From: an uncultured Bacteroides sp.
GTDB lineage: Bacteria > Bacteroidota > Bacteroidia > Bacteroidales > GCA-2748055
Direction: 5' to 3'
Assembly: GCA_964453785.1 (NCBI GenBank)
Contig: CAYVRK010000010.1
Span: 1,117 to 65,116 of the forward strand
Length of the DNA stretch: 64,000 bases
Under the pieces are notes generated by a model. The model was not told the origin of the DNA, did not search any database, and saw only the letters and a list, made by a program, of their open reading frames with translations. The position numbers and the translations under genes are program-made. Below, in pieces: positions 27,973 to 36,223 of this stretch. Position 1 is the stretch's first letter. Every line of letters starts with the position of its first letter.

Positions 27973-29748
27973 ATGGCATACTTCAAAAGGAAAGTAATTG
28001 CTTATACAGGCCTGATTCTATCGGTGGTGTGGCTCATCTTTTACCTGAAGCAGGTTGATCTGACCCTGATCTACTACTGGCAGCAAACAGTACCCTTATC
28101 TTTGGCAGAATACATGTTGGTTCCGGGAGGCTTTTCCAACCTTCTGGCCATCAGGTTTAATGAATGGCTCACCTTTCCCTTCCGGGGCACAGTGGCAGTA
28201 ATATTTCTGCTTGCTGTAACATATTGGCTCCTTCGCAGTTTATTTACCAATTACAGGGAAAACCCGTTTTACCATCCCCTTCTTCTGGCATCCATGGTTC
28301 CGTTGGTATTAACACTGGCCAGTTACAGGCTGCCCATGGGACTGACTTTCGGTTTTGTCACCGGACTGTTTATTTCCGTTATTCATACATTGTATACCCC
28401 CGGGAACCCTGTTGTGAAACTGGTCTATATCTTTGTTACCGGGATCATCACCTTCCTGCTGGCAGGTCCGGTTGGCCTGTTTGTATTCCTGCAGATCACA
28501 TTTTATCTAAGCATCCGGAAAGGGAAATATGCCGGACTGATTGCCACCGTCATACCTTTGCTAACCCTCCCCTTTCTCTATCTGCTTTTCAATCCGGCCA
28601 TTACGGCAAAGCAATCCCTTCTGGGAACACTTATCATTTCAAAATATGATGAAATCCCGGCCACCTATTTCATCTGCCTCTTTGTTCCCATGATGCTCAT
28701 GATCTTATTTTTCGGGATCAACAGGCTGTTTTCAAAGGCGGGACCAAACAGGAGGTTGTTGTTTGAGGGTGTCAGTACCGCAGTGGTACTGGGCGGGCTG
28801 GTTGTCTCTTCAATTTTTGCGATTGACAATGAAGAAAGATCCATATTACAGATCGAGCAGGCCAGTTTCAATGATGACTGGCAGCGGGTGACGGAGCTTG
28901 CTGAGGCAAATCTGCTTAACAATAAACTTGTGCAATTCGAAATAAACAGGGCCCTTTATCACCAGGGAGTATTGTTGGAGGAGGCTTTCAGCTACCCGCA
29001 AATCTTCGGTGAGGAGAGCGTATTTATGGTACAGGTTTTTTCCGGACGCAACGGAATGCATGTGAGTGATTTTTATGCTGATCTTGGATTTGCAAATGAA
29101 TCAAGGCACTGGGCCAATGAATCTAACATGGTCATGATGAGGCATCCCATCCTGCTAAAACAACTCATTCTTTCCTATCTCGCCATGGACATGAGGAATA
29201 TGGCGGTAAAATACCTGGGTATACTCTCCGGATCCAAAGTTCACCGGGCGTGGTGTGTACAGACAATGGAATCCATTGAGGAAAATGATCTGGAAGCCAT
29301 CCCTTTCTTTAAAGCATTTACAGACAACAATCCGTCGGATGATTTCTTCGCCAGTCCATCACACCCGGTTCAGGGATTACAATATTTCTACACGGTCAAT
29401 CCCGACAACAGGGCAGCATTTGAGTTCCTGATGACCAGCTATATGCTCAAGCATCAACTGGGCCCGGTAATCAGTCATATCAAAGATTTCAAAAGATTCG
29501 GATACAGCCACCTGCCCAGGGTCATTGAAGAGGCAGTGATGATCTATTTAGACAAGACACATTCCCGAACCATGGATCTGAGCGGTTATCAAATCAGTCA
29601 GAAAACGACGGAGGAATTTAAAGATTTCAGCCGGTTGGTCACCAGCAGCAAAAGCCGGTCAGAAGCAAGGGCTCGTGTATCAAAATACAGAAAGACTTAC
29701 TGGTACTATGTTATGTATGCCAGTCCCTATGCGCCAAAAAGCAAATAG
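27973..29748 (+). CDS. Polytopic membrane protein (about 8-9 TM) with a ~300-aa helical C-terminal domain; resembles the uncharacterised Bacteroidota DUF6057-type family
   Basis: 591 aa. The N-terminal half is hydrophobic helices. The C-terminal half is soluble and helical/TPR-like (NNKLVQFEINRALYHQGVLLEEAF...). The family name is from memory and was not verified. Confidence 0.65.
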   Translation: MAYFKRKVIAYTGLILSVVWLIFYLKQVDLTLIYYWQQTVPLSLAEYMLVPGGFSNLLAIRFNEWLTFPFRGTVAVIFLLAVTYWLLRSLFTNYRENPFYHPLLLASMVPLVLTLASYRLPMGLTFGFVTGLFISVIHTLYTPGNPVVKLVYIFVTGIITFLLAGPVGLFVFLQITFYLSIRKGKYAGLIATVIPLLTLPFLYLLFNPAITAKQSLLGTLIISKYDEIPATYFICLFVPMMLMILFFGINRLFSKAGPNRRLLFEGVSTAVVLGGLVVSSIFAIDNEERSILQIEQASFNDDWQRVTELAEANLLNNKLVQFEINRALYHQGVLLEEAFSYPQIFGEESVFMVQVFSGRNGMHVSDFYADLGFANESRHWANESNMVMMRHPILLKQLILSYLAMDMRNMAVKYLGILSGSKVHRAWCVQTMESIEENDLEAIPFFKAFTDNNPSDDFFASPSHPVQGLQYFYTVNPDNRAAFEFLMTSYMLKHQLGPVISHIKDFKRFGYSHLPRVIEEAVMIYLDKTHSRTMDLSGYQISQKTTEEFKDFSRLVTSSKSRSEARARVSKYRKTYWYYVMYASPYAPKSK

Positions 29749-29754
29749 CAGAAA

Positions 29755-31302
29755 ATGAAAAAAACAGGATCGAATATATTCATACGATTGTTGCCCTTGC
29801 TTTATATCATGATTGCATGCAACAGCGTGCCCCCCGACCCTGCATTGACAGAGGAGCCTGTAAAGATTTTTCCCGATTACACTGCTGTGACAATCCCTCC
29901 CAACATTGCACCCATGAATTTTCAGATTGAGAATGACGGGCAGGCATACATGGCTGTTTTCTCCAACAGCAAAAAGGGCAGGGTGAAGGTGGAAAGCGGT
30001 TCGGGGAAGATTGTCATACCCGCAAAGGCCTGGAAAAAGCTTCTGGATGAGGACAGGAGTGGCATGCTGACCATTGACATCATGAGAAAAAGCGGAAAAG
30101 GTTCATGGGAGAGATTCAATCAGATCAAGAATCCTATTTCCATGAAGGAGATTGATCCCTATATCGCTTACCGGAAAATTCCACCTGCCAATATTGTGTG
30201 GAAGGAGATGGGCATTTTCCAGAGATCGCTGGAGAGTTTTAAGGTTTCCCCCATCGTCACAAACAATGTGACGGGAAATAATTGTATGAACTGTCATAGT
30301 TTTAATGCAGGGGATCCGGATCAAATGATGTTTCACATGCGTGCTTCTTATGGAGGTACTTTGGTGAAAAATCATGAAGAAATCATCCTGGTTGATACAA
30401 AGAGTGAGCATACCCGGAGTGCAGGTGCTTATCCTTCCTGGCATCCGGGTGGAAATCTGATTGCCTTCTCGGTAAATCTGATTAAACAGGGATTTCATGC
30501 ACGCATGGGAAAGATCTCTTATGTCCACGATAACTATTCTGATATTGTGCTCTATGATGTAAACGACAACTCCATCACAAGGCCTGCAGCACTATCCACG
30601 AAGAACCTGGAGAATCTGCCCACATGGTCGCCCGACGGTAAAAAAATGTTCTACATAAGTGCCCCGGAAAACATCGATACAATGCCATATACTTCAGTGG
30701 TCTATAGCCTGATGAGCATTGAATTCAACGAGGAAGAAAGAAGCTTCAGGAAAAAAGATACAGTGATTGACAGTGACGATTTTGGTCAGAGCATCACATT
30801 TCCCAGGGTCTCCCCAGGAAATAAGCTGATCAGTTTTATTGGGGTTGACTACGGTTACTTTTCCATCAACAACAGAGAAGCTGATGTTTATCTCTATAAC
30901 CGGGAAACCATGGAGATCATCAAACCTGATGTGAATTCCGTTGAGACAGAAAGCTATCCCTCCTGGTCCAGCAACGGATCATGGCTCATGTTCATCAGCA
31001 AACGGACCGATGGACTGTTGTCTCAGGTTTGGTTCAGCTATGTGGATGAAAAAGGAAAGGCAGGCAAACCCTTTGTGCTCCCACAGAAAGATCCCGCTTT
31101 TTATGATGACTATTTATACAATTATAACAGGCCCGAATTCATTACCGGCAAAGTTGATATTAGCCCCCGAAGGGTGCGATCCCTGGCAAAAGCAGGCAGC
31201 GTTGCCAGTACATTCAATGAAAAAGGAAGCGTGAGCCTTTCAACCGGGGCAACGGTAACATCAAATGAACCTGAAAGCCAGATGTACCGAAGCGATGAAT
31301 GA
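29755..31302 (+). CDS. Lipoprotein with a single CXXCH heme-binding motif followed by TolB/PD40-like beta-propeller repeats
   Basis: Lipobox LYIMIAC. CMNCH lies at 30283..30297. PD40-type repeats are YPSWHPGGNLIAFS, LPTWSPDGKKMFYIS, FPRVSPGNKLISFIG and YPSWSSNGSWLMFISKRTDG. It starts 6 bp after the preceding membrane-protein gene. Confidence 0.75.
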   Translation: MKKTGSNIFIRLLPLLYIMIACNSVPPDPALTEEPVKIFPDYTAVTIPPNIAPMNFQIENDGQAYMAVFSNSKKGRVKVESGSGKIVIPAKAWKKLLDEDRSGMLTIDIMRKSGKGSWERFNQIKNPISMKEIDPYIAYRKIPPANIVWKEMGIFQRSLESFKVSPIVTNNVTGNNCMNCHSFNAGDPDQMMFHMRASYGGTLVKNHEEIILVDTKSEHTRSAGAYPSWHPGGNLIAFSVNLIKQGFHARMGKISYVHDNYSDIVLYDVNDNSITRPAALSTKNLENLPTWSPDGKKMFYISAPENIDTMPYTSVVYSLMSIEFNEEERSFRKKDTVIDSDDFGQSITFPRVSPGNKLISFIGVDYGYFSINNREADVYLYNRETMEIIKPDVNSVETESYPSWSSNGSWLMFISKRTDGLLSQVWFSYVDEKGKAGKPFVLPQKDPAFYDDYLYNYNRPEFITGKVDISPRRVRSLAKAGSVASTFNEKGSVSLSTGATVTSNEPESQMYRSDE

Positions 31303-32478
31303 TCATTGACGGACAGAAGCCAGCGCCTCTATCTCAACCAGCAGGCTGTCACGGCAAACATCCGAGACCACATAGACGCCGGATATTCCTGGCCAGCGGC
31401 TTTCACATGTGCGCTTTACCAGCTGGTAATCTGAAGGATTTTTGATATATACCCTGAAGAAATTTATTTGCATTTGTCCGGCCAGAACCCTGTTTATTTT
31501 TGATAGTGTCTGCTCACTGATCAGCTTCTCCACATTATCGATGGTAATCCTGGTCTGCTCTGCCACATCATTTTCAGCAATGGTCTTCTCTTCTCGTATG
31601 GAGGCCGTTCCGGAAATGTAAACCTGAACAGATTGGGTATTGGATACAAGTTTTGCCCTGGCAAATTTGGGGGTGCACTTACAGAACCCCTCATACTCAG
31701 ATTCCCCGATCAACACCTCTTCGGAATATTCGAACGCGGCCTTCTGAAGGGGATTTTCAACGGAGATAACATCCGGCCCTGACTGGGTGGTGGCGTAAAA
31801 ACTGATGACCACTCCTCCTGCCATGGTGCCGATTCCGGTTGCAGCCGGATATCCGTTTACAAACTCAGATTTTGCATAATATTTGGAACGGACATTATTG
31901 AAAAGCTGGTAGTGCTGGTTTTCAGCATTTTCCTTCAACTCCACAGTTGTAATTCCTTCAATGTAATTCCATTGACGGAAGATATTCGAAAAGTCAAGTC
32001 CTTCTGATTGAAGGATGGCTTCCATGACACCAAACACCCAGTCCGAATCTTCCGCTATCTGATGTTTTTTCTTTCCGGTGCAAATTCCATTGGCAACCAC
32101 CCACTTATCACCTCCCTTGCTTTCAATAACCAGGTAATTTGTTCCAGCCATGTTTTTGGGGGTTACCACAACACCTTCCATATCAGGAAGATAATGCATT
32201 TCAACGGATATCGTTGCTCCATTCGCAGGAGCCTGGGCAAGATAAGCTACGGGGATAACTTCTTTTATGGCGTCCGGCAGACAATCAGCCAGTAGTTTCT
32301 TTTGACCTTCAAAGGCCGGAACATCCGTGGCACTTAAAAAGAAATTGAGGGCAATAATATTTGAAATACCGCAACCTCCCTTTGAAATAAACTCATTCAG
32401 CTGTCTAATACAATCTGCAGCCTGTTCCTCAAGTGTACCAATCTCCTGAATTTCAAAGGCTACTATGGAAAGCTTCAT
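31303..32478 (-). CDS. RidA/YjgF-fold protein resembling FkbO/Hyg5-family chorismatases
   Basis: The C-terminal YISGTASIREEKTIAENDVAEQTRITIDNVEKLI matches the ISGTASI...Q...N pattern of FkbO/Hyg5/RidA-like proteins. I prefer the ATG at 32478; the track start at 32523 is a TTG. Confidence 0.45.
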   Translation of the reverse strand: MKLSIVAFEIQEIGTLEEQAADCIRQLNEFISKGGCGISNIIALNFFLSATDVPAFEGQKKLLADCLPDAIKEVIPVAYLAQAPANGATISVEMHYLPDMEGVVVTPKNMAGTNYLVIESKGGDKWVVANGICTGKKKHQIAEDSDWVFGVMEAILQSEGLDFSNIFRQWNYIEGITTVELKENAENQHYQLFNNVRSKYYAKSEFVNGYPAATGIGTMAGGVVISFYATTQSGPDVISVENPLQKAAFEYSEEVLIGESEYEGFCKCTPKFARAKLVSNTQSVQVYISGTASIREEKTIAENDVAEQTRITIDNVEKLISEQTLSKINRVLAGQMQINFFRVYIKNPSDYQLVKRTCESRWPGISGVYVVSDVCRDSLLVEIEALASVRQ

Positions 32479-32582
32479 CGGTGTCGAATCATGAATTTCG
32501 CACAAAGATATAATCTTTACCAATGATACAACATGCTATAAAGAACAAAAGCAATAAGTATTCCTAAACGTAAGGGTTGAAA

Positions 32583-33104
32583 ATGTCTGCGAAAAAGGTT
32601 GGTTCAGTCAATATTCTATGGATTGTTGCGCTGTTTCTCATCATGATCAGTTGTGAATCTGCAGATCAGAGGGATCCGGTCCCTGATGAACCTGGTGAGC
32701 GGCCGGCCTTTCCTGATTTCATTACACCCAACAAAGTCTATTTTGATCTGCGCATTGCCGGAGATCACAACATCGACAGCAATTATTACCACCTTAAAAT
32801 TTCCGGCGGGGCCGATCATCCTGCCGTGTTTTCACTGGAAGAATTAAGAAACCTGGAGATGGCTGAAAAAACCCTTACTGTTGAATGCATCGGGAATCCG
32901 GCCACCCTGATACAGAGCATGGACCAGGATAATGTATGGGTTTTCTGGGAAGCCGTTTTCACCCCCCTCTCCCCAGGCCCCCTTACCATTCGGGCAAAGG
33001 CCACAGGAGAGGATGGCAGGACCCAGCCCCGGGAAGATGAAAATTACCTGGATGGAACCAACGCATGGCCCAAAGTGACTGTTGTTGTGACAGATGGCAG
33101 CTAG
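32583..33104 (+). CDS. Short sulfite-oxidase/YedY-family (molybdopterin oxidoreductase) ORF that appears to lack the central Moco-binding core; possible in-frame deletion remnant
   Basis: Lipobox MISC. The family N-terminus is FITPNKVYF...YHLKISGGADHPAVFSLEELRNLEMAEKTLTVECIGN. This joins almost directly to a dimerisation-domain-like C-terminus (WVFWEAVFTPLSPGPLTIRAKATGEDGRTQP...NAWPKVTVVV). The total is about 173 aa. Confidence 0.5.
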   Translation: MSAKKVGSVNILWIVALFLIMISCESADQRDPVPDEPGERPAFPDFITPNKVYFDLRIAGDHNIDSNYYHLKISGGADHPAVFSLEELRNLEMAEKTLTVECIGNPATLIQSMDQDNVWVFWEAVFTPLSPGPLTIRAKATGEDGRTQPREDENYLDGTNAWPKVTVVVTDGS

Positions 33105-33142
33105 GTGGATTTTGTTACTTTTGTTGCCTAAAATATATCCAT

Positions 33143-33976
33143 ATGCCAACCATTCATCTGGACAAATGTATCAAGTGCCTAAAATGTGTACATGATTGTC
33201 CGTCCGAAGCCATTGACATTGAACTGGGAACCATCAACGATTCATGCATCCGCTGCGGACACTGTGTGGCCATTTGCCCGGAGTCCACTGTTTTCCCCGA
33301 TGCAGGGGGTATTCAAAAACTACAGGTTTCCACTGTCACTCCTGCTGATTTTCAACAGCTATCTGCGGGTATCAGAACCTGCAGAAGCTATCTGGACAGG
33401 GAGGTGGATGATGACCTGTTACATTTGCTGATCGGCAATATGAAGCACTATCCTTCGGCCAGCAATGCGCGACCCGTTGAGATTACCGTTGTGAAGAGCC
33501 GGGAGGCTGTTCAAAGGCTCAATGATCAAACGGGGCTAAAACTGATCAGGGCGATTCGGTTCATTACATTACCTGTCCTGAAGCCAGTGATTGGGATCAT
33601 GGCTCCAAAAATGAATGTATCCCGTCTGGTAAATTACAAGAAGCGGTTTATCACACGGCAAATCCCCGAATCCTCTCAGATCTGCCATCATGCTCCGGCG
33701 GTTATGTTATTTCATGCCCCGGAAGGGAAATACAGTCTGGCTGCAGATGACTCTAATATCTGGGCTACATATACCTCCCTGTATGCCAATACCCTTGGAT
33801 TGGGAACCTGTTTCAATGGTTTCATCGTAAAGGCCATGGAGCGCAGCAAAGCATTGCGAAAAGAGTTTGGGATTCCTGACAATCACAGGGTCCATACAGC
33901 CTTGCTAATGGGCCATCCCAAAATGAAGTATACCAACCAGGCCGGACGGGACACGCCCAAAGCAAACTTCATTTGA
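33143..33976 (+). CDS. 4Fe-4S dicluster ferredoxin domain fused to a nitroreductase-family domain
   Basis: Two CxxCxxCxxxCP motifs (CIKCLKCVHDCP and CIRCGHCVAICP) are followed by a nitroreductase-like region (RTCRSY...PSASNARP...MLFHAP...LGLGTC). The ATG at 33143 avoids overlap with the upstream gene. Confidence 0.8.
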   Translation: MPTIHLDKCIKCLKCVHDCPSEAIDIELGTINDSCIRCGHCVAICPESTVFPDAGGIQKLQVSTVTPADFQQLSAGIRTCRSYLDREVDDDLLHLLIGNMKHYPSASNARPVEITVVKSREAVQRLNDQTGLKLIRAIRFITLPVLKPVIGIMAPKMNVSRLVNYKKRFITRQIPESSQICHHAPAVMLFHAPEGKYSLAADDSNIWATYTSLYANTLGLGTCFNGFIVKAMERSKALRKEFGIPDNHRVHTALLMGHPKMKYTNQAGRDTPKANFI

Positions 33977-34057
33977 TATGCCCATGAAACTAATTTAGTT
34001 TTTACCTGGGACCGATATTTCTGCCCTTCATCACAATAACCGGTAAAAACCTTTTTG

Positions 34058-36178
34058 ATGATGAAGAAAAAAATTACACCATTGTGTATGGGTGCCATGC
34101 TGATTTTATCACTATCAGCCAGATCCCAGAACGGATTATTCATTTCGGAGGTCACAGACCCGGCAGATGACTATTCCGGACGATTTATTGAACTCTACAA
34201 CGCAGGACCTGAGGCTGTGGATTTCAGTTCCGTGACACTTTACCTGTCCCGCCAGAGCAACGGGGGAACCGGCTGGGGAGATCTGCAACTGGAAGGGACG
34301 GTAGCCGCAGGTCAAACATTTGTCATTGGTGGTTCTGCCTTTGCCGGCGTATTTGGATTTGTTCCAGACCAGGAAACCGGGATTCTCATTGGCAATGGGG
34401 ATGATGCCTATTTCCTTTATATGGATGGTGATCATACAACAGGAACCCTGCATGACATCTATGGCGCCCTGGACACCGACGGGACCGGAGAGCCATGGGA
34501 GTATGAAGATTCCAGGGCCGTCAGGGTTCTGGGAGTCTCAGCTCCCAATCCGGTCTGGACAGCGTCAGAGTGGGAAATTGTCTCTGCCGGTGTGGCTGAA
34601 TGTGATCCGGGAACGCACCATGGTTCCTCCGTGGTGGTCAGCCACGCCTCCCTTGCCATTATCAATGATACTGTGGGTCTGGGGCAGCCTGTGGAAATTT
34701 CCGTTTCAGTCAGTGGGATTACTGTGGCCGATCAGGTGATTTCCTACCAGTTTGATGTTCACTTTGATCATTTGGTATTGCAATATACAGGAAATGATAT
34801 CACAGGAACCCTTGCCGATGGTGGGACGGTTGTGGTCAATACCAATGTGACAGGAAAATTATCTTTCAGCTATATGAACACGGCCCCCATGGTCGGGGCA
34901 GGTGAGATCCTGAAACTCAGGTTCAATTCACTGGCTCCGGATACCACTGAATTAACCCTGTCCAATGCCTATTTGAACAACAATCCCGTACAGGATATCA
35001 CAAACGGGACAGTGTTTATCAAAAGTTTGCTCCCTCCCACTGCAATCATTACTTACGATGACACCCTGTACAGGTTTGCAGATACCCTGTTGCTGACCGC
35101 TACCTTCAGTCAGCCCATGGATCAGGCCCATGCGGTTCTGATCAGTTTCAGTGGTGCTGTTTCCCTGGCAAATGAAGTGATGACCCGTCAAAATGAAACG
35201 ACCTATATATACAGGTACCGAATCCCAAAAACAGAAGGAGATGTGACCGTCAGGTTGAGCAATGGGAAAAATCTATGGGGCAACGAATTGGTTCCGGTAC
35301 CCGAAGAGGGGGAAACTTTTTACGTCGTTAAGTTTTTCCCGGGCGATGTGGATGATGACGGGACGATCATGGCTTATGATGCGGCCCTTGCACTGCAACA
35401 CTCCGTGGGTCTGGACCCATTGCCAGCCATCGACCCGTTGCCCTGGGAGCCCTGGCGGGACAGCACAGCCAATGTGGATGGTTCGGGGGGAATTACAGCC
35501 TATGATGCCGGAATGATCCTGCAGTACTCGGCAGGAATCATTACTGGTTTTTCTGCATCAGCCAGTAAGTCAGCTCCATATGCGGATGTGACTTTCCGGG
35601 TGGTAGAGGGTGACATTATATTTTACGCCCATGGTGAACTGGTTGGTTTAAATATCTTCACCACCAACGAGCAAGGGATGCTGGGTATACCGGTGGTCAT
35701 GGGAGAAAATCTGGCTTCGGAGATTCCCGACGGATACCTGTCAGCATTCAACAACAATGGAAACTCTTTTCGCATCGGGCTTTGCACGGCTGTCCCCCCC
35801 GGAGAAGGGGTTGCAGTATTGAGAATTCCCTATTACCAGAGCGGACCAATCACCTTCCTGTTGTTGATAAATGGCAACGAAAGGGCTCTGACCCTGAACC
35901 TGGGAACAGGGATGGACGAATCCGGGATGGAGAATTTTTCAGTCTATCCCAATCCTGCCAGGGACCGGCTGGTTATACAAACCGGGGAATATGGCAAAAT
36001 GGAAGGGTACAAGTTGAGAATAACCAACCAGCTGGGTGTCTCACTCCTGGATATACAGGTGGTGGAACCTCTGTGTGAGATAGACATTACAAACTGGTCG
36101 GGTACGGGTTTGTTTTATGTCCATTTGACCAATCCGGGGGGAGCGGTGGTCGCGACCCGAAAGGTAGTATTGTATTAG
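34058..36178 (+). CDS. T9SS cargo protein with lamin-tail domain (LTD), cohesin-like domain, dockerin-like double EF-hand repeat and a C-terminal sorting domain
   Basis: LTD: LFISEVTDPADDYSGRFIELYNAGPEAVDFSSVTLYL. Cohesin-like: VEISVSVSGITVADQVISYQFDVHFDHLVLQYTG...GEILKLRFNSLAPDTTELTLSNAYLNNNPV. Dockerin-like: GDVDDDGTIMAYDAALALQHSVG ... ANVDGSGGITAYDAGMILQYSAG. CTD: FSVYPNPARDRLVIQ...GLFYVHLTNPGGAVVATRKVVLY. Confidence 0.8.
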   Translation: MMKKKITPLCMGAMLILSLSARSQNGLFISEVTDPADDYSGRFIELYNAGPEAVDFSSVTLYLSRQSNGGTGWGDLQLEGTVAAGQTFVIGGSAFAGVFGFVPDQETGILIGNGDDAYFLYMDGDHTTGTLHDIYGALDTDGTGEPWEYEDSRAVRVLGVSAPNPVWTASEWEIVSAGVAECDPGTHHGSSVVVSHASLAIINDTVGLGQPVEISVSVSGITVADQVISYQFDVHFDHLVLQYTGNDITGTLADGGTVVVNTNVTGKLSFSYMNTAPMVGAGEILKLRFNSLAPDTTELTLSNAYLNNNPVQDITNGTVFIKSLLPPTAIITYDDTLYRFADTLLLTATFSQPMDQAHAVLISFSGAVSLANEVMTRQNETTYIYRYRIPKTEGDVTVRLSNGKNLWGNELVPVPEEGETFYVVKFFPGDVDDDGTIMAYDAALALQHSVGLDPLPAIDPLPWEPWRDSTANVDGSGGITAYDAGMILQYSAGIITGFSASASKSAPYADVTFRVVEGDIIFYAHGELVGLNIFTTNEQGMLGIPVVMGENLASEIPDGYLSAFNNNGNSFRIGLCTAVPPGEGVAVLRIPYYQSGPITFLLLINGNERALTLNLGTGMDESGMENFSVYPNPARDRLVIQTGEYGKMEGYKLRITNQLGVSLLDIQVVEPLCEIDITNWSGTGLFYVHLTNPGGAVVATRKVVLY

Positions 36179-36188
36179 CCAATGGAGG

Positions 36189-36217
36189 GCCTTGTACGAA
36201 AGTGCAGGGCTCTTTTT
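36189..36217 (+). terminator. Rho-independent terminator after the LTD-cohesin-dockerin gene
   Basis: GCCUUGUAC-GAAA-GUGCAGGGC forms a 9-bp stem including two G-U pairs, with a GAAA tetraloop. UCUUUUU follows. Confidence 0.55.
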
Positions 36218-36223
36218 GAGGAT

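Noticed and set aside
28164-28649. A 161-aa alternative-frame ORF inside the polytopic membrane-protein gene
   Set aside because: It is on the same strand in a different frame and has a low-complexity translation. The main frame gives coherent TM helices.
31300-31305. Convergent genes with abutting stop codons (TGA/TCA back to back at 31300-31305). Overlapping stops also occur at 50242-50245 (CTAA serves as TAA on the plus strand and TAG on the minus strand). Very short convergent gaps occur at 16623-16634, 42381-42392 and 57339-57347.
   Set aside because: This reflects tight genome packing. It is curious because no terminator can fit, but it is not evidence of a functional element on its own.
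33065-33142. The N-terminal extension of the ferredoxin-nitroreductase ORF in the track, overlapping the upstream gene; similar TTG/GTG-initiated extensions occur at 12291-12389, 21155-21202, 22965-22994, 32479-32523, 55290-55334 and 58083-58109
   Set aside because: The track takes the longest possible ORF. In each case an internal ATG gives a canonical N-terminus (signal peptide or family start) and removes the overlap with the neighbouring gene.
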